Source: a virus (taxonomy: Duplodnaviria > Heunggongvirae > Uroviricota > Caudoviricetes). From it: DNA of 54,828 bases. Of this stretch, positions 9,360 to 18,143 are shown one piece after another. Below the pieces are notes generated by a model. It saw only the letters and a list, made by a program, of their open reading frames with translations, made no database searches and had not been told where the DNA came from. The position numbers were made by a program, and so were the translations under genes. Location of the stretch: IMG/VR virus record IMGVR_UViG_3300020685_000002. One strand, 5' to 3'. The first letter of the stretch is position 1. Every line of letters begins with the position of its first letter.

Positions 9360-9394
9360 ATCTTTTCTTTCTTCTTCTAAATTTTAGATACAAA

Positions 9395-9815
9395 ATCACT
9401 CTTCCCCGTTGATTAAGAACTATTATTAAATAATTCAGGTTTCTTAGAAACTGTTCCAGGGGGTGCTGAAGCAAAAACATGACTCCATAATTATTATAGA
9501 GTAAAATTTGAACAATATGAATTAGACCTGCTAACTGTATCGACCACAATTGCTCATTGGCCGTCTGTCTTGCATGGATTGCTCCGCGACAGAAGTTTAG
9601 GGTATTAGATACATCATTAATACAACAACGATATCACATCAGGTTATATAAAATATCATAAAATAGTGTCATCACGACAGGGTTTATGATCTCTAATTCC
9701 AAGGGTACGATTTTTATGCTGGCCTTGATTATCTCAGCTCTCGATCCTCAATGGGAACAGAGGAAGGTTTCTGTTCTTGATTCCATTTATAGTGATGGAA
9801 ACCACTTTAAAATCT
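9395..9815 (-). ncRNA. Candidate large structured non-coding RNA, family not recognised
   Basis: No credible CDS, raised GC, about 10 nested stems, G-U pairs and a GCAA tetraloop that work only on the minus strand, and an upstream promoter. Boundaries approximate. Confidence 0.6.
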
Positions 9816-9853
9816 ATTTAGTATAATTATATCTTGTATATCTAAAAAGTCAA
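9815..9853 (-). promoter_or_regulatory. Sigma70-type promoter plus late-like ACTAAATA driving the non-coding element
   Basis: TTGACT (9848-9853)-N16-TATAAT (9826-9831), then ACTAAATA (9815-9822). Confidence 0.65.
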
Positions 9854-10059
9854 GCACTTTTTTGTATTTTTTCTAAATATTTTTTCTGATTTTTCATAAT
9901 ACGTTGATTATCCATCTTTTTTAGTTCAAGATATGCTGGCATATTTTCTGTATACCAAGATTTTTTAATATAATCCCATTTCAATCCAAATTTTTCTGCT
10001 TTTTTTCTTTGATTTTTTGTTACTGCGTATTTCAAATAAGTTCTCATAATAAATCTCAA
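9850..10059 (-). CDS. Small hypothetical protein, DUF5710-like
   Basis: AEKFGLKWDYIKKSWY resembles the AK..GA.WD...K.WY motif. The true start may be the internal ATG (MRTYLK). Confidence 0.55.
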   Translation of the reverse strand: MRFIMRTYLKYAVTKNQRKKAEKFGLKWDYIKKSWYTENMPAYLELKKMDNQRIMKNQKKYLEKIQKSA

Positions 10060-10133
10060 TAATTTTGTTAAATATAAGTAAAGGTGAACCCTTTGTTATT
10101 ATATATTAAATTATTTTTAGGAGAAATATTGTT

Positions 10134-10478
10134 ATGATTAAAATTAGGTCAAAAGAAAGAGATGGTAGTGAAGTTTTAGTGAATGTGAATGCTATTAATT
10201 ACATTGTTCCCTCATTAGACGGTGGTAGTGTGATACATTTTCAAACATCGTTTTTGGTTGCTCTAAATTCTATAGAAGAAATTGAATCAAAAATTAAGAT
10301 ATCAAGAACACACATTCAAGAATTATCTCCACAATCAACATTACTAACGGAATCAATAACTTTAGATACAGAATCAGTACTTTCTGATGGATATCCTGAG
10401 CATCTTCCGAGACTTCCAACTGGTAATGTTGATAAACGTACAAACGCATATAAAGATTATATTGCTAGTAAAGGTTGA
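10134..10478 (+). CDS. Hypothetical protein with FlbD-like N-terminus
   Basis: AGGAG RBS; MIKI....G....VN...I..I....G..I.......V....EEI pattern. Confidence 0.55.
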   Translation: MIKIRSKERDGSEVLVNVNAINYIVPSLDGGSVIHFQTSFLVALNSIEEIESKIKISRTHIQELSPQSTLLTESITLDTESVLSDGYPEHLPRLPTGNVDKRTNAYKDYIASKG

Positions 10479-10482
10479 TAAT

Positions 10483-10746
10483 ATGCCAATTTATCCACTA
10501 AGAAATAAGGAAACAGAAGAACTATTCGAAAAAAGTATGAAAATTTCTGAATATGAACAATATTTGCTTGACAATCCACACGTTGAAAGGTATTATACAA
10601 GTGCAGCTTCAATTGGTGATGCAGTTAGGTTAGGCATTAAACAACCCCCAGCAGACTTTCAAAAATACATAATAGGGAGGATGAAAGACTCAATTCCTGG
10701 CAATACACTTCATGATAGAAAATATCAAATACCAAAAGAGTTTTAA
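10483..10746 (+). CDS. FmdB-like conserved T4-like protein (no Cys knuckles)
   Basis: MPIYPLRNKETEELFEK.MKISEY..YL..NPH. Start revised to ATG 10483. Usual position just upstream of phoH. Confidence 0.7.
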   Translation: MPIYPLRNKETEELFEKSMKISEYEQYLLDNPHVERYYTSAASIGDAVRLGIKQPPADFQKYIIGRMKDSIPGNTLHDRKYQIPKEF

Positions 10747-10775
10747 TTTTATTTTCAACAACCTAAAGGACTAAC

Positions 10776-11546
10776 ATGGCTCGAAAACCTAAAATTGTAG
10801 ATACACATTTTGAAGATCTTTCTCAATATTATCCTCCAGAAAAAGAAAAAGTTACTCAAGGTGCTTCTAATAGGCTAAAGTTAAGATTAGATGATTTAAA
10901 AACTATAAAACCATTAACTGACAATCAGAAATTATTTTTTGATTCGTATTCAGTTGGCGAATATTTTATGATGCTTTCTGGATCAGCTGGAACTGGAAAA
11001 AGCTTTATTGCTTTATACAAAAGTATCGAAGAAGTAATGGATAAAGGCAATTCCTTTAATCAAGTTTTAATTGTTAGATCAGCAGTACAAACAAGAGATG
11101 TTGGGTTTTTGAAGGGGTCATTAGAAGAAAAAACGTCTGTGTATGAATTGCCATATGAGCAAATTGCAGATCATTTGTTTGGGAAAAAGGGGGCTTATGG
11201 GCGACTTAAAGAGCAAGGATATGTTGAATTTATTACAACAACTGCAATAAGAGGGATTTCAATAGACAATTCTATAGTTGTTGTGGACGAATGTCAAAAT
11301 ATGACTTGGGGGGAGTTATCTACAGTAATAACTCGAATCGGACATAACTCAAAAGTAATTTTTATTGGGGATACTAAACAAAATGATTTAACTAAAAAAT
11401 CAAACGAAGTGTCAGGAATGTCAGACTTTTTATCTGTAGCAAATAGTATGGATGAATTTTGTAGAATTCATTTTACTCCTGAAGATATCGTAAGGTCAAG
11501 TTTAGTTAAATCGTGGATTATTGCGTGTGAAAAATTAGGATTCTAA
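10776..11546 (+). CDS. phoH: PhoH-family ATPase
   Basis: GSAGTGKS, GFLKG..EEK, RG, VDECQN, TRIG and GD..QNDL motifs. Confidence 0.95.
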   Translation: MARKPKIVDTHFEDLSQYYPPEKEKVTQGASNRLKLRLDDLKTIKPLTDNQKLFFDSYSVGEYFMMLSGSAGTGKSFIALYKSIEEVMDKGNSFNQVLIVRSAVQTRDVGFLKGSLEEKTSVYELPYEQIADHLFGKKGAYGRLKEQGYVEFITTTAIRGISIDNSIVVVDECQNMTWGELSTVITRIGHNSKVIFIGDTKQNDLTKKSNEVSGMSDFLSVANSMDEFCRIHFTPEDIVRSSLVKSWIIACEKLGF

Positions 11547-12206
11547 ATGTTTAACCATTGCCCTCCAATCTCATTAACAGAATATAAAAGAGTCCAAATA
11601 AATGGAAAACGACACTATCAAGTCCCAAATGGAAATTATCCATCTATAACTTCTGTTTTAAGTTTTCAAGATAATTCTTGGTTAGATGATTGGAGGGCAA
11701 AGGTTGGAGCAGAAGAAGCTGATAAAATTTCTGCTAGATCAAAAGGCAGAGGTACTAATTTACACAAAATGTGCGAGGATTATCTCAACAATGATCCACA
11801 GTCATGTAAAATGCCTGATGCTAAAGAAATGTTTATCTCATTAAAGCCAATTTTAAATAAGATAAATAATATACACTTTCAAGAAGCATGTTTGTATAGT
11901 GATAAATTGAAAGTAGCAGGAACTGTTGATTGTATTGCAGAATATGATGGTGTTTTAAGTATAATTGATTTTAAAAATAGTCGATATCCAAAGACTTTAG
12001 ATAAAATTAATGACTATTTACTACAAGAAACATTTTATTCGTTGGCATATTACGAATTATCGGGATTGTACGCTCCTCAGATCGTCACCATAATCGCTGT
12101 TGAGAATAACGTACCACAAGTATTCATAGAACAAATTCGCCCTTATATGAAGCCTCTCGTAAGTCTGGTGAAGGAGTTCCATTCAACATTTTATAAAACT
12201 GCTTGA
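11547..12206 (+). CDS. PD-(D/E)xK exonuclease
   Basis: YPSITSVL, RGT..H...E, AGTVDCIAEYDG..SIIDFK and Q...Y motifs. Confidence 0.9.
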   Translation: MFNHCPPISLTEYKRVQINGKRHYQVPNGNYPSITSVLSFQDNSWLDDWRAKVGAEEADKISARSKGRGTNLHKMCEDYLNNDPQSCKMPDAKEMFISLKPILNKINNIHFQEACLYSDKLKVAGTVDCIAEYDGVLSIIDFKNSRYPKTLDKINDYLLQETFYSLAYYELSGLYAPQIVTIIAVENNVPQVFIEQIRPYMKPLVSLVKEFHSTFYKTA

Positions 12207-12252
12207 CTTTTTTACTTTTTTATAATATACTATTATTTTTAGAGTATAAATA
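12203..12252 (+). promoter_or_regulatory. Tandem sigma70-type and late promoters for the hydrolase
   Basis: TTGACT (12203)-N17-TATACT (12226-12231) and TATAAATA at 12245-12252. Confidence 0.75.
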
Positions 12253-12372
12253 CTAATTACAATATGGTATTGTGATCAATTTAAATTAATTAGATAGCTT
12301 TTCAAGGCAAGAAAAAGTCCTAATTTTAACGTAAGAAATATTGATGTTGATATTTCCCAAGGAGAAAGAAAG

Positions 12373-12876
12373 ATGTATTCCCAGAAGAAAAAAGCGAATA
12401 AAGTTATTATTCCTTTAGTGATGATGTTGTTAATGTCTACAACTAGTCACGCAAAAGCCCATAATCAAACAGAAGAAGAAAAAGTCTGTTTAGCAAAAGT
12501 AATTTACCATGAAGCTCGTGGCGAGCCAGAAGTTGGTAAAAGGAGTGTTGCTAAGATTGTGATAAACCGAAAACAACATAAAAGGTTTCCAAAAACAATA
12601 TGCCAAGTTGTAAATCAAATTGCATTTGTTGGAAAGAAAAAAGTATGTCAATTTTCTTGGGTATGTAATAGACCAAAACTTGATGCTTCTAGCGATTCAT
12701 GGGAAGATTCTCTTGCATTATCTAATGCAATTCTCAACAATCAAGTAAAATTGCCAAACTTTGGTCCAGATGTATTGTTTTTCAGAAGTACGTCTTCAAG
12801 ACAATCTTTCGGAAAAGGATACAAATTTGTATCAAGAGTTGGAAACGCTAAATTTTATGAGAAAAAAATAATTTGA
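12373..12876 (+). CDS. SleB/CwlJ-like cell wall hydrolase (Hydrolase_2) with signal peptide
   Basis: CLA..IYHEARGE, V..NR....FP.TIC.VV.Q and QFSW motifs; basic-hydrophobic-SHA signal peptide. Confidence 0.9.
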   Translation: MYSQKKKANKVIIPLVMMLLMSTTSHAKAHNQTEEEKVCLAKVIYHEARGEPEVGKRSVAKIVINRKQHKRFPKTICQVVNQIAFVGKKKVCQFSWVCNRPKLDASSDSWEDSLALSNAILNNQVKLPNFGPDVLFFRSTSSRQSFGKGYKFVSRVGNAKFYEKKII

Positions 12877-12901
12877 CAATTTTTACTTTTTAAGTTATAA
12901 T
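12873..12901 (+). promoter_or_regulatory. Consensus sigma70 promoter for the 33-59-32 operon
   Basis: TTGACA-N17-TATAAT. Confidence 0.85.
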
Positions 12902-12930
12902 ATTATTTCTATTTACTAATCGTGGTTGTT

Positions 12931-13155
12931 ATGGATAATTTTGAGAAAATACAAGAATTTTCCTCTATCATTTTTGATAGAGTAAATAAAGGAAAATTAG
13001 AATATATTGATGCGATTGTAAGTTATTGTGAAGAACAAGAACTAGATGTTGATTCAATAATTTGTTTAATTTCTCCTTCATTAAGACAAAAAATGGAGGA
13101 GGAAGCTTTAGAATTAAAATTGATAAAAAGTTCAACACATCAGTTGACCTTTTAA
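12931..13155 (+). CDS. 33: Late transcription co-activator gp33
   Basis: YIDAIV.YCEE..LD......LISPSL..K...EA..L.LI; synteny with 59 and 32. ATG 12931 preferred to GTG 12922. Confidence 0.85.
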   Translation: MDNFEKIQEFSSIIFDRVNKGKLEYIDAIVSYCEEQELDVDSIICLISPSLRQKMEEEALELKLIKSSTHQLTF

Positions 13156-13170
13156 ATATATTGAGGTAAA

Positions 13171-13773
13171 ATGATTAATATTATGAACGGTTATTCTGCT
13201 TGTTGTCTTTATCGTGCATTAAAATTGCACTTTAATACAGAATACAATTTTGTAAAATACAAAGGGAAAATAAAATATACCTCTGTTCAATACGAAAAAA
13301 ATAAACATAAATTTGTGTATGATAAATTAGCAAAAAAGTTTTCAGATGAAGATTTGAAACAATTTTATATTGCAAATTTTATTCACAATGAACATGTTTG
13401 GATTCAAGATTTATTAAATCAAGAAGCTCATGAAGTGTTTGTTAACTTTTCAAAAAGAAAGCAATCATTATCTTATATCTTTAAAAATGATCTACTAAAT
13501 ATTTTTAGTGAAGATCATAAAACCCTATTTAAAGGTACACAAAAAGAATTCCCTGTTTTACTTACTAAACTTTTAAGAAATGAAGTTAGTATTGAAACAG
13601 TAATAATTATGAATAAATTTTTAAAGTTTGTTCATAAGTGGGATGAAAGTATCAAGGATGATATTTGTTGGCCTCATATTAGAAATTGTTTAATTAAATA
13701 TGAGCCATTTTTAGAATATGATAAAGATAAATTCAAAAATGCTTTAATCCAAAGTATTGAAGAATTTAAATAA
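13171..13773 (+). CDS. 59: Helicase loader gp59
   Basis: Y.ALKLHF...YNF.KY.G, SLSY.FKND, SIET and KY.PF motifs. Confidence 0.9.
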   Translation: MINIMNGYSACCLYRALKLHFNTEYNFVKYKGKIKYTSVQYEKNKHKFVYDKLAKKFSDEDLKQFYIANFIHNEHVWIQDLLNQEAHEVFVNFSKRKQSLSYIFKNDLLNIFSEDHKTLFKGTQKEFPVLLTKLLRNEVSIETVIIMNKFLKFVHKWDESIKDDICWPHIRNCLIKYEPFLEYDKDKFKNALIQSIEEFK

Positions 13774-13825
13774 TTGTCGTTAAGTTGTGTTAAGTTGTTA
13801 ATAATATTGTTAAAAGGAAAATGAA

Positions 13826-14755
13826 ATGGTAGATTTCTCAGCGTTAAAAAAATCAAAAGGTTCTAATCTTGCAAAATTATCAAAAGCTGTTGAGGCTTTA
13901 GGTTCAAATGATAGAAAAGACGATTCAAACGAATATTGGAAATGCGAATTAGACAAAAGTGCTAATGGTTATGCAGTTATTCGATTTTTACCAACACCCC
14001 CTCAAGATGTAGATTCAGATGGTCTTCCTTGGGCAAAATATTGGGATCACGGTTTCCAAGGTCCAGGTGGTTGGTATATTGAAAAATCTTTAACAACTAT
14101 CAGTCAACCTGATCCATTATCTGAATTAAATTCTCGTTTATGGGAATCTGGTGATGAAGCAGATAAAGAACAAGCTAGAAAACAAAAACGTAGATTACAC
14201 TATGTGTCAAATATCTACATTGTGAAAGATCAAAAAAACCCTCAAAATGAAGGTCAAGTTTTTAAATTTGTTTTTGGTAAAAAAATATTCGAAAAATTGA
14301 CTGGAGCTATGAATCCACAATTTGAAGATGATAAACCAATTGATCCATTTGATCTATGGGAAGGTGCAAACTTTAAATTAAAAATTCGTAAAGTTGATGG
14401 GTATCAAAATTATGATTTAAGCGATTTTGATAATCCAGCTCCATTATTTGAGGATGATGAAAAATTGGAAAAAATTTGGAAATCTGAATATTCTTTGTTA
14501 GAAATTGTAGATCCAAAAAATTTCAAATCTTATGCTGATTTAGATTCAAGACTTAAACGTGTTTTGGGTCAATCTAATCAAGCAAAATTTAAGACAGCTG
14601 AAGAATATACTTCTAAAACTGTTGAAGATGTTGAAGATGAAGAATTTATCCAAAAGAAAGTTGTTGAGAAGAAAACAACAACTTCATTTACTGCTAAGGT
14701 GGAAGATGAGGAAGACGAAGATTTAAGTTATTTTAACAGTTTGTTAGAAGATTAG
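13826..14755 (+). CDS. 32: Single-stranded DNA-binding protein gp32
   Basis: NGYAVIRFLP, HGFQGPGGWYIE, GKKIF, PFDLWEGANFKLK motifs and an acidic tail. Confidence 0.97.
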   Translation: MVDFSALKKSKGSNLAKLSKAVEALGSNDRKDDSNEYWKCELDKSANGYAVIRFLPTPPQDVDSDGLPWAKYWDHGFQGPGGWYIEKSLTTISQPDPLSELNSRLWESGDEADKEQARKQKRRLHYVSNIYIVKDQKNPQNEGQVFKFVFGKKIFEKLTGAMNPQFEDDKPIDPFDLWEGANFKLKIRKVDGYQNYDLSDFDNPAPLFEDDEKLEKIWKSEYSLLEIVDPKNFKSYADLDSRLKRVLGQSNQAKFKTAEEYTSKTVEDVEDEEFIQKKVVEKKTTTSFTAKVEDEEDEDLSYFNSLLED

Positions 14756-14767
14756 ATCTTAAAGATG

Positions 14768-14792
14768 AAGGGGCTGATAAAGCCCCTTTTTT
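14768..14792 (+). terminator. Rho-independent terminator, probably bidirectional
   Basis: AAGGGGCT-GATAA-AGCCCCTT followed by a T-run, between convergent genes. Confidence 0.85.
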
Positions 14793-17216
14793 TCACACTC
14801 TAATATTTGAATATAACATACTCAACAACATTGGTTCATCGTTTCTAACGCTTAACATTGGTGCTGTTTGAGGTTTTTGTTGTACTTGTTGTGTTGGTTG
14901 TGTTGGTTGTTGTATCACAATAGGTTGTTGTGGCTTTCTTGCTTGTTCTGCTATTTGTTTTAAATTTTCTTGAACAGAGTCAGGCGCTTTTTGTATTGGT
15001 GTTTGTGCATTTTGGACATCAGCAAGGATATTTCCAGTTGTATTTTTTTCTGGTTTTTCTAAAGAAGCTGTATTCTTTTGTGCAGTTTCAAGGTTTTTGT
15101 TTATTGGTCCAACATCTATAGATCCGTCATTTTTTGCTGTTTCAAGATGGTTTAGTTGCATTGAATCCATTGTAGCATTTATATTTGCTAATTTTTGACC
15201 GTAATTTGGATCAGTAGCATAACCCGTTTTTGCTTGTGCTGCTATAGCTTCATCAACATTTTTAGCAGCCAAAACATCCTTATATCTTTTATTATTTTGC
15301 AGAAAATCTATATAATCTCCTGCAGAATCTTCAGGATTATCATATTTTCTAAAATTTTGGTCTTTTGTGACCATTTTCCCATTTTCAAATTCTTGTGTTG
15401 ATGCAGTTACACTATCTCCACCTGCTTTAGCTTTAATCCCAAACGCATTATTTCCAACCATATGTTTTCCATAACCTGTTTCTAATGACGTTTGTGTTGC
15501 TCCCAATTTAGCAATAGCTTCAGGGTTTTCTACACCTTTATCTTTTGCTGCTTTATATAAAGAATCATACATCTTATCATAATACTCTTTTTGTTCTTCC
15601 TTTAGAGGTTTTCCCGCCTTCCCTTCTATTTTTTCATGGTATCCAGGAGGTCTTTGATCTCCAGGTTCGAAAATGTGTTTCACAGATTCTTTTACTTTTG
15701 ACCATTTTTGACTTATACTTTCCCCAAGTTCCTCGAAAAACCCCTTTTTATCTTCTGCATTACTAAATAATCCAGTTCCATCAGGAAGAATTAATTCTTC
15801 AATGTTTAATTGCTTGATAGAAACAACACCAAAATTTAAACCTTTTTCTTTTTCTATCGGAATATTAATTTCAGGATTAGATTCTACCGTATTAAATTCA
15901 TTTGTTGGTGGTTCTTCTATAATTCTTGTTTGTAAATCTGGAGCAATATTTTGTGGTATTTTCTCTTGCAATGAATTGTCAACAGGCATTTCATCTGGAT
16001 TAAATTTTCCAACATTTTTTGCTAAATCATATGCAGCTTGTATTTCAGATGATAACTTATTTCCCATTTGTATGGAAACTTCAGAAACAGCCATTTGTTT
16101 TTTTGATAATGGTCTATTTGGAATGACAGGTTCTCCTGCAACAAGAATTGAATTGGTTGCAGTTTTTGTTGATGAAACATCTAAATTACTTGTTTTACCT
16201 GTAACTCCATTTTGATCGGTTGCTTCGGTTGCAATTTCTTTTCCAGAATCATCAATCTTTGGTGGGATTATTTTAGTTTTTGTTTGTTGTTGCATTGCAG
16301 GGATTCTTGTTGCAGCAATAGGTTCTTTCATTATTTGTTTAAGTGTTCCTAAATGTCCACCTTCAAATTTTCCAGAATCTATCAACATTGCAATTTGTTC
16401 TTTTGGTAATGTTTTCAAATAAGAAACATTTTCAATAGTTGGGTTTATAAACTTCCAAGAAATTACTTTTTTTGCTAAAAGAGTTTTAAATAATTCTCTG
16501 GTCTTTGGATCTGGCATATCCAATATCATTTCGCCGATTTCTTTTGCGGCTAATACTGTAGCAACAGTTGCACCAACTGGTCCTGCTACTAATGGTCTTG
16601 CTAATCTAAACGCAGTTGTTGCACCCCTTTTAATTCCTTTCCATGCAGTACTAGCAATTCCCCCTGCTGCTGCTCCTTCTAATGCACCTTCTGCCACACC
16701 TGCTAATGTTGAACCTAATCCACTACCTTCTTTATTTTCTTTTTTATTTTCATCACTAGAATTTTGTTGAGATGCAGTTTGTTGCAAATTTCCAGTTTCA
16801 TTCATTCTCGCTACAACATTAGCATTAGATAAACTTGATTGTGTTTGATTTAAAATTGAATTCCTAGCTAATAATGCTGTATATGCTGAAATTTTTTCAA
16901 CAGTAATATTAAGTTTAATTAAATCGCCATGAATTTTATTCAATGCTTGTAGAGCAGTTTTACTGTTTCCTTCTGTCAATATAGAATTTGTTCCTGCACC
17001 AGCAAGGCTACTAATATCAACAGGTTGCCCATTACCCTTATTATTTTGAGAACCTGTTGTCTGATTTATTGGAATTGTATTAATATTAGACTTTTTAGGA
17101 GTTAATTCCTTATCTTTTCCTTGTTTAAGAGCATTATATGCTCCATATAAAGAACTGCTTGCAGTTAAAGTTCTTGTTGACTTTATTGCTGACCCAATAC
17201 TCGAAAAAATTGACAT
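14793..17216 (-). CDS. Tape-measure/hub-like (gp29-position) protein with a GH73 FlgJ-type peptidoglycan hydrolase domain
   Basis: Q..LETGYG...NNAFGIK, FRKY, RY and GYATDPNY motifs in the C-terminal third; Ala/Gly-rich helical N-terminal half; lies downstream of 26/51. Confidence 0.75.
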   Translation of the reverse strand: MSIFSSIGSAIKSTRTLTASSSLYGAYNALKQGKDKELTPKKSNINTIPINQTTGSQNNKGNGQPVDISSLAGAGTNSILTEGNSKTALQALNKIHGDLIKLNITVEKISAYTALLARNSILNQTQSSLSNANVVARMNETGNLQQTASQQNSSDENKKENKEGSGLGSTLAGVAEGALEGAAAGGIASTAWKGIKRGATTAFRLARPLVAGPVGATVATVLAAKEIGEMILDMPDPKTRELFKTLLAKKVISWKFINPTIENVSYLKTLPKEQIAMLIDSGKFEGGHLGTLKQIMKEPIAATRIPAMQQQTKTKIIPPKIDDSGKEIATEATDQNGVTGKTSNLDVSSTKTATNSILVAGEPVIPNRPLSKKQMAVSEVSIQMGNKLSSEIQAAYDLAKNVGKFNPDEMPVDNSLQEKIPQNIAPDLQTRIIEEPPTNEFNTVESNPEINIPIEKEKGLNFGVVSIKQLNIEELILPDGTGLFSNAEDKKGFFEELGESISQKWSKVKESVKHIFEPGDQRPPGYHEKIEGKAGKPLKEEQKEYYDKMYDSLYKAAKDKGVENPEAIAKLGATQTSLETGYGKHMVGNNAFGIKAKAGGDSVTASTQEFENGKMVTKDQNFRKYDNPEDSAGDYIDFLQNNKRYKDVLAAKNVDEAIAAQAKTGYATDPNYGQKLANINATMDSMQLNHLETAKNDGSIDVGPINKNLETAQKNTASLEKPEKNTTGNILADVQNAQTPIQKAPDSVQENLKQIAEQARKPQQPIVIQQPTQPTQQVQQKPQTAPMLSVRNDEPMLLSMLYSNIRV

Positions 17217-17237
17217 AAAGTTTCCTTAACTTTTATA

Positions 17238-17366
17238 TTACCTATTACCTTGTTTTTGTAAATCTGCTTGTTCTTTTAAATAATTTACTAATAAACTCAC
17301 ATATATTTCCCGTTCCCAAGGAATCATTTCATCAAGCTCTCGCAAACTATAATTATGGTGTTGCAT
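17238..17366 (-). CDS. 51: gp51-like baseplate hub assembly ORF, likely expressed as a frameshift extension of gp26
   Basis: Manual translation MQHHNYSLRELDEMIPWEREIYVSLL; the frame is open upstream to 17429. Confidence 0.8.
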   Translation of the reverse strand: MQHHNYSLRELDEMIPWEREIYVSLLVNYLKEQADLQKQGNR

Positions 17367-17416
17367 TAAACCAAAATTTGTTTTATAATAGTACGCAAGA
17401 TCTTCACTACCAAGAA

Positions 17417-18139
17417 TTAATCGAAAAAATCGAATATATCTTCTACATCAATGTGGTGTTCTGTTCCACATTTTTTACACTTTAAATTTATTTGTTTATG
17501 AATTTTTGGTTCATTTGCAAAAAAATTCCCTATTTTAGAGTACTGTTCCATAGTTAAATTTCCCAACCACTCAACAAGTTCTGCTTTTGGGATATCTTGA
17601 GCACTATGAGAAGATGTTTCATCATAAATAAATTCAATGTTTTTTGCTACTAAATTAAATTCTTCTTCAGCAGTTAAAAATTCACTTTTTTTGATTATGT
17701 TCGGTTCAAATCTTTGAAAATTTAATTTAACACCAATTTTATCTGTTATTTGTATTGTTTGTGGCAATGCTTCGGTTATTTCCAAATCTGTTAATAAATT
17801 TAATCTGTGTAGCATTATCCCACCACAAATTTCCTCATCTACAACATTTTCGCATTTATATTTTAAATCGACACTTTCTGATTGAGATCTTGCTCTAAGT
17901 TGATAAAATAAAAATTCAATATCAGTTACAGGCAATTTTCTAGCATTTATTGGTGACAATACACAATTATCAACAATTTGTGCGATTGCTTCGATTAATG
18001 CTTCTGGCTCATTTGATTCAACAGCCATCAATAAGATTTTTTGTTCTTTCACAACATAAGGTCTAAATTTAACATCCTGTTTCGATACAGGAAGCTTTAC
18101 AGTATATGTTGGAGAATCAATTTTTGGTAATAGTGACAT
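17417..18139 (-). CDS. 26: Baseplate hub protein gp26
   Basis: LPKI..PTY...LP, FRPY.VKEQKILL, DIE..F..LRARS..E, CxxC motifs and a DFF end. Confidence 0.9.
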   Translation of the reverse strand: MSLLPKIDSPTYTVKLPVSKQDVKFRPYVVKEQKILLMAVESNEPEALIEAIAQIVDNCVLSPINARKLPVTDIEFLFYQLRARSQSESVDLKYKCENVVDEEICGGIMLHRLNLLTDLEITEALPQTIQITDKIGVKLNFQRFEPNIIKKSEFLTAEEEFNLVAKNIEFIYDETSSHSAQDIPKAELVEWLGNLTMEQYSKIGNFFANEPKIHKQINLKCKKCGTEHHIDVEDIFDFFD

Positions 18140-18143
18140 AATA

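Noticed and set aside
9304..9549. 81-aa ORF inside the non-coding element
   Set aside because: Non-ATG start, no RBS and atypical composition; it runs through stems and repeats that explain the sequence better.
9395..9815. tmRNA, RNase P, tRNA, group I/II intron or retron msr-msd
   Set aside because: No T-arm/CCA end, P4 consensus, P7 or domain V signature seen; no interrupted gene and no reverse transcriptase in the window.
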